A stretch of 64,000 nt of DNA from IMG/VR virus record IMGVR_UViG_3300031766_000002; one strand, given 5' to 3'. This document shows, piece after piece, positions 59,505 through 64,000 of this stretch. The position numbers and the translations under genes are program-made. The notes below the pieces were generated by a model. It made no database searches and was not told the DNA's origin. It was given only the letters and a program-made list of their open reading frames with translations. Within the stretch, counting starts at the first letter, position 1. Every line of letters begins with the position of its first letter. This stretch comes from an uncultured virus (IMG/VR IMGVR_UViG_3300031766_000002). Its lineage: Duplodnaviria > Heunggongvirae > Uroviricota > Caudoviricetes.

Positions 59505-61151
59505 TTACCCTTCGCAAGATTTACATTCCATCATAGATCTTGCTAGCTCTTGACTAGGATTAGCACTTCTCTGATAATAGAAACCTTTAATACCGTTCTG
59601 CCATCCATAAATTAAAAGTTGATTTACTTCTTTCGCAGGAGCTTTGGGGGCGACCATAATGTTAAGAGATTGACCTTGATCAATATACTTTTGTCTTTGG
59701 GCTGCTTGAATAACAATTTCTTTTTGGCTAATTTCCCCAAAAGTTTTAAATACTTCTTTCTCTTCCTCAGAAAAGAATGATAAATGCTGCACTGACCCTC
59801 CTTTTTCCAAGATGCTCATCCAAACATCATCGTTATTTTTACCCTTCTCTGCTAATAGCGTTTCGAGGTATGGATTCCTAAATGTGAATTTGCCTTTAGC
59901 GAGATCTTTAGTAAAATAATTCCCGTTGAGAGGTTCGATAGATGGAGAAACCTGACCCAAGATAAAGGAGCTACTTGTAGTTGGAGCTATAGCTAAGGTG
60001 GTGGTATTTCGACGGCCATACCCCTCACAATACATAGGCTCTCCTAAACTTAGGGATAATTCTTCTGTAGCTTCATCTGCCCGACTACGGATAACCTTCC
60101 AAATAGAGCTATTTTCCATTTTAGCCTCCATGCTTTCAAACCCAATCATCTTGCTTTGTAGGTAAGAGTGCCAACCAAGAACTCCCATACCCAAAGCCCT
60201 ATGACGCTTGGCAAAATTATGAGAGGACTCCATGAATGGAATGTTCGTTGTTTTTATGATATACTCCTCCATTACTGCATCAAGAAATGCAACTAATGTC
60301 TCAATAGCGTCTGTCTTTACAATGTCATCCCATCTAACTAGATTCAAAGAAGATAAACAGCAAACAAAAGACTCATCTTCTTTGGATGGCAAGCTGATCT
60401 CGTTGCAAAGATTAGAAGCATAGATCTTCATGTCTTTGTCTTTATAGCAGTCGGGAGCATTCTTATTCGCTGTATCTTGAAAAAATATGTACGGGTAACC
60501 AGTCTCAAAACGCTTTCTTATTACAGAAGCCCAAAGCTGACGTTTTTCTGGATCGCCATCAATCATACTTTGCATCCAATTATCAGTGACAGTAACAGCA
60601 AAAGACATGTCTTGAATAGCATTACCCTCGCTCTTTATCCGAAGAAACTCTTTGACATCAGGATGTTCAATAGGGAGGTAAGCTGCAAAAGAACCACGAC
60701 GGACATTACCCTGAGAAACAACCGCAGCGACCTTATCGAATAACTCCATAAAATGGACTGCCCCAGATGATTGACCACCAGAGTTTATTGATGCCCCACG
60801 CTCACGAAGATCACCAAAGTAAGCAGAAGTCCCTGACCCATGCTTAGTCTGCATTCCAACCTCAGACTGTTTAGCTAAGATGCCATCCATTCTGTCAGGA
60901 ACGTAGACTCCGTTACAGGATATGGGTAGTCCACGATCACGACCAAAATTAGACCAGACAGGGGAAGCTAAGGAATAAAATCCCTGCTTCATATACGACT
61001 CAAACTTGTCAGCAAACCCATCCATGCTTAGATACGCTTCAGCAGTATCTGCAATATCACGAATCCTCTGCTCTGGAGTTTCACCCTTCTTTAGATATCC
61101 CCTCTCAAGAAATAATCTTGAGTCATCATTTAGCCAATAGTAGTCTGTCAT
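59505..61151 (-). CDS. nrdA: Class I ribonucleotide reductase large subunit (short, no ATP cone)
   Basis: PISC, RRG..AAY, SNLCNEI, VCCLSS, AIAPT.SSS, QGQSLN, YYQRS, C-terminal CKSCEG. Confidence 0.93.
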   Translation of the reverse strand: MTDYYWLNDDSRLFLERGYLKKGETPEQRIRDIADTAEAYLSMDGFADKFESYMKQGFYSLASPVWSNFGRDRGLPISCNGVYVPDRMDGILAKQSEVGMQTKHGSGTSAYFGDLRERGASINSGGQSSGAVHFMELFDKVAAVVSQGNVRRGSFAAYLPIEHPDVKEFLRIKSEGNAIQDMSFAVTVTDNWMQSMIDGDPEKRQLWASVIRKRFETGYPYIFFQDTANKNAPDCYKDKDMKIYASNLCNEISLPSKEDESFVCCLSSLNLVRWDDIVKTDAIETLVAFLDAVMEEYIIKTTNIPFMESSHNFAKRHRALGMGVLGWHSYLQSKMIGFESMEAKMENSSIWKVIRSRADEATEELSLSLGEPMYCEGYGRRNTTTLAIAPTTSSSFILGQVSPSIEPLNGNYFTKDLAKGKFTFRNPYLETLLAEKGKNNDDVWMSILEKGGSVQHLSFFSEEEKEVFKTFGEISQKEIVIQAAQRQKYIDQGQSLNIMVAPKAPAKEVNQLLIYGWQNGIKGFYYQRSANPSQELARSMMECKSCEG

Positions 61152-62123
61152 TTAAAACAAGTCGTCTGCGTTGAACGTCTGCGAATTTTTTGAATACTCA
61201 ACTGGTCGAGCATAAAAGAAGTCGGTGGCATTATTGCCAAGCAACTCCTCTTCAAACCAGATGGTATCTTTCAGCAGATTTTTGTCAACATCAAAAGCTT
61301 GTTTAAAGCCTATTTTATCCAAAGAATCGTTAATTCTATTTTTAATGAACTCCTTGAGTACAATCGCATTCAATCCCTTCTCACGAATACCGTTAATCAT
61401 CCAATCCACGATCTTGCTTTCAGCATTAAAAGCTTGTTGAGCTTCGTCAAGAACACGCTCTTCCAACTCTTCATCAAAAAGCTCAGGATGTTCTTCACGA
61501 ATAGTGTTAATGATCTTCATCCCAACGAAAGCATGAAGGTTCTCTTCATTACGAGTATACTTAACTTGTTGGTCAGTGTCTTTTAACACATTCTTATGAC
61601 GAGCAAACCAGTTTATGACGTAAAATTGAGAAAATAGCGACACGTTCTCTACAAAAAGAGTAAATAGGATTAAAGCATAAACATATTGCTTCTTGCTGTT
61701 CTTGTAGAACTTATGGGTATACTTCCGCAAATAATTAACCCGACCCTCAATAAAATCTAGTTTTAGGTTCTCCTCAAATACTTCTTCTAAACCCAAAACC
61801 TCAAGCAAGCGTTCATAAGCGTTATTGTGAATAACTTCCACGTTTGCCATCACAAAACCCAAATCACTTAATGATGGGTGAGGCAAATTGTCCCCCAGCT
61901 TACTCCAAAACTTTTTAACAGCAACTTCGATCTGCCCAATAGCAGAAAGAGTTCTTACGATTATCTCTTTTTCTCTTTCATCAAGCACCACGTTGAAGTC
62001 CTGAATATCAGAAGCAAAACTGAATTCTTTGTCGGTCCAAAACCCGTTGTGCATTGCTTCGATAAAATCTCCTGCCCAAGAATAGTGGTCAGGCTTCCGT
62101 GATACTTGCTCTTCAAAAATCAT
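61152..62123 (-). CDS. nrdB: Class I ribonucleotide reductase small subunit
   Basis: FW...E, QIE, EVIHNNAY, VEN.SLFSQF, EENLH, TDFF..RPVEY. Confidence 0.93.
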   Translation of the reverse strand: MIFEEQVSRKPDHYSWAGDFIEAMHNGFWTDKEFSFASDIQDFNVVLDEREKEIIVRTLSAIGQIEVAVKKFWSKLGDNLPHPSLSDLGFVMANVEVIHNNAYERLLEVLGLEEVFEENLKLDFIEGRVNYLRKYTHKFYKNSKKQYVYALILFTLFVENVSLFSQFYVINWFARHKNVLKDTDQQVKYTRNEENLHAFVGMKIINTIREEHPELFDEELEERVLDEAQQAFNAESKIVDWMINGIREKGLNAIVLKEFIKNRINDSLDKIGFKQAFDVDKNLLKDTIWFEEELLGNNATDFFYARPVEYSKNSQTFNADDLF

Positions 62124-62169
62124 GTCTCATCTATTTACACAATTGACAAAAATGGGCAAGGAAAAAATG

Positions 62170-62280
62170 AAAAAAGTTGGCGAAGCCATTGTATTAATAC
62201 GAACGTAGTGAGTATTAATATAATACGAATCCTAACAGCACTGTAAGGATTCGTATCCTTACTAATGCGGCTTCCAATAC
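62170..62280 (-). ncRNA. Candidate structured small RNA / attenuator leader
   Basis: Begins right after TTGACA-N16-TATAAT. The 5' and 3' ends pair, there are two internal hairpins, and it ends in U6. Confidence 0.55.
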
Positions 62281-62284
62281 GTCT

Positions 62285-62312
62285 ATTATATTGACAAAGA
62301 AAAATGTGTCAA
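62285..62312 (-). promoter_or_regulatory. Consensus sigma70 promoter
   Basis: TTGACA (62312-62307), N16, TATAAT (62290-62285). Confidence 0.8.
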
Positions 62313-62370
62313 CAAAAAAATTTTACTTGATTTTTTGCTAAAAAATCCCTAGCATAATCGGTAGCTAAGT

Positions 62371-62958
62371 ATGGATAATGAATCTACTGACCCCGAATTA
62401 ACAACCTTGATCAAAGAGGAAGATCACGAGGAAGCATTGAATCTTTTAATATGCAGACACTCTGGCATATATATTGATATGGTCAGGAGGTACGCATCTA
62501 AGTCTCTCCCCATGAATGACATAGCGGATATTATCAACGACAAAGATTATATTATCTATAAAGCAGCTTTAGATTATGATGAAAATAAAGCTAAATTTTC
62601 GACGCACGTTGGGAATAAAGCCAAATACCTTTGTTTAAGCAGAAAGACTGCAAGGAAAAAAAATAAAACCACCTTATCTTTCGATTCTATAGACTATTCA
62701 GAGGAGTCAAGTGATCTACACCCAGATCAAAGCTGTGAAATTAGAGAGAGCTTCTCCGCGATTATTGATTTAATCAATAATCATCGTGACGAAAGAGTAA
62801 AAATTATTTTTAAAGAAAGATATTTTGGAGGAGAGAGGGGTAAGCTCAACACTTGGAAGAATATTGGCGATAAGATCGGAATATCTGCTCAAGGATGTAT
62901 AAACATCCACGATAAATCTTTAAAAGAATTTAAAAATCAAATTAAAAAAAATGCATAA
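62371..62958 (+). CDS. Phage sigma-70-family RNA polymerase sigma factor
   Basis: D.EL..LIK...EEAL..L; region 2 KAALDYD..KAKFSTH; region 4 HTH R...I...RY......TWKNIG..IGIS. Confidence 0.8.
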   Translation: MDNESTDPELTTLIKEEDHEEALNLLICRHSGIYIDMVRRYASKSLPMNDIADIINDKDYIIYKAALDYDENKAKFSTHVGNKAKYLCLSRKTARKKNKTTLSFDSIDYSEESSDLHPDQSCEIRESFSAIIDLINNHRDERVKIIFKERYFGGERGKLNTWKNIGDKIGISAQGCINIHDKSLKEFKNQIKKNA

Positions 62959-64000
62959 GCTGAACTTCGACGCTCCATTTAATTCCTTAAGCTTGGGGAA
63001 TGTCTCTCTAAATTTCTTAAGAGAATTAAAGAAAAAAGATTTAGAGTTAAATATTTTCCCAATGGGAAACTTAGATTTCTCTGCATTCGATAAACTACCT
63101 GAAGAAGAAGTCCAATATATAAAAGAAAACTCAAGTAATTCATTGAAGCGATTTGACAGGTCAACTCCAACGTTAAAGGTATGGCACATTAATGGTTCAG
63201 AAAAAAAGATCGGAGATAGTCAATTTTTATACACTTTTTATGAAGTAGACTCTCCTACAGACGAAGAGATCGCAATTGTGAAAGCTCAGAATCATGTTTT
63301 CTTTTCTTGCTCAGAGGCTGCTGAGATTTTTAAAAGCAAAGGTTGTGATAACGTTTCATACGTTCCGCTTGGGTTTGACCCAGACTTCCATAAGACAGAT
63401 AAGGAATATCTTGGTGATGATGTAATACATTTCGGACTTATTGGCAAAATGGAACGTAGAAAAAACACCCAAGCTCTCATACAGCTATGGTGCAATAAAT
63501 TTGGGAACAATCCAAGGTATCAATTAACCTGTTTAGTAGGGAACCCATTCTTGAAGCAAGAGCAAATGAATCAAATGATCGCTCAAGCAATGAATAACCA
63601 AAAATATTCAAATGTAAACTTTCTACCCCGACTTAAAACAAATAGTGAAGTTAATGATTTAATCAATTCAATTGATATTGACTTGTCTGGTTTATCAAAT
63701 GGGGAGGGTTGGAATTTGCCAGCGTTTAACGCAACAGCTTTAGGGAAGTGGTCTATAGTTAGTAATTGTAGTTCACATAAGGATTGGGCTAATAAAAGTA
63801 ATTCTTTACTCTTAAATCCTATAGGAAAGCAACCATGCTATGATAATATATTTTTCCACCAAGGATCTAAATTTAATCAAGGAGAATATTATCGACTCAA
63901 CGGAGATCAAATTTCAGCGTCAATTGATCAATCAGTTCAGATGGCGAAGTCAGAGAATACAGAAGGACTAAAATTACAAGAAGAATTCACTTACGAAAAA
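62951..64000 (+). CDS. GT4-family (GT-B) glycosyltransferase (partial, runs off the window edge)
   Basis: Not in the track. ATG at 62951 gives MHKLNF...YTFYE...VPLGFDPDF...IGKMERRKN...GEGWNLPAFNATALGK, open to the end. Confidence 0.8.
   Translation, partial: MHKLNFDAPFNSLSLGNVSLNFLRELKKKDLELNIFPMGNLDFSAFDKLPEEEVQYIKENSSNSLKRFDRSTPTLKVWHINGSEKKIGDSQFLYTFYEVDSPTDEEIAIVKAQNHVFFSCSEAAEIFKSKGCDNVSYVPLGFDPDFHKTDKEYLGDDVIHFGLIGKMERRKNTQALIQLWCNKFGNNPRYQLTCLVGNPFLKQEQMNQMIAQAMNNQKYSNVNFLPRLKTNSEVNDLINSIDIDLSGLSNGEGWNLPAFNATALGKWSIVSNCSSHKDWANKSNSLLLNPIGKQPCYDNIFFHQGSKFNQGEYYRLNGDQISASIDQSVQMAKSENTEGLKLQEEFTYEK

Noticed and set aside
44216..62123. Inteins or group I introns in dnaE, dnaB, recA or nrdAB
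   Set aside because: The ORFs are of normal or short length with contiguous motifs. No C...HN splice junctions or homing-endonuclease ORFs are visible.
61152..62123. Class Ic (tyrosine-less) RNR suggested by Glu as first metal ligand
   Set aside because: The radical Tyr is present (EVIHNNAY), so the subclass cannot be called unusual without phylogeny.
1..64000. Stop-codon reassignment (alternative genetic code)
   Set aside because: Conserved genes are intact in the standard code, TAA/TAG/TGA all end genes at coupled junctions, and no suppressor tRNA is present.
1..64000. Cellular (small-genome bacterium) or prophage origin
   Set aside because: There are no ribosomal or central-metabolism genes and no integrase or att site. 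Tail fibres, lysis genes and many small ORFans are interleaved with divergent replication genes. Capsid and terminase are not in this window, so phage identity is inferred.

Overview
This 64-kb window reads as a segment of a large, AT-rich tailed dsDNA bacteriophage genome. It is densely coded in the standard code, mostly on the minus strand, with no rRNA or ribosomal-protein genes. It contains: (i) a replication/recombination block (DnaE split into three genes, primase, DnaB, RecA-like protein, RecB/Cas4-like nuclease, RuvB-like ATPase); (ii) nucleotide metabolism (NrdA/NrdB, ThyX, MazG-like); (iii) a ~14-kb tail-fibre/structural block with modular internal repeats; (iv) dispersed lysis genes (amidase endolysin, holin-like, overlapping spanin-like pair); (v) two tRNAs; (vi) a ClpA/C-like ATPase, Hsp20 and a sigma factor; (vii) an unusually large glycan toolkit (ADP-heptose pathway, Gmd, Glf, about 8 glycosyltransferases, 2 sulfotransferases, 2 FkbM methyltransferases). 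A phage-borne PEP-CTERM-like protein suggests a diderm, exosortase-bearing host; Verrucomicrobia-like is my inference. The most interesting non-coding signals are a ~105-nt structured RNA bounded by a promoter and a U-tract, with two mutually exclusive hairpins, just upstream of nrdB; and a recurrent GTGTA(A/T) element 8-11 nt upstream of many start codons, a candidate phage late promoter that coexists with near-leaderless sigma70-type promoters. All protein calls come from motif recognition by eye; no database searches were run.
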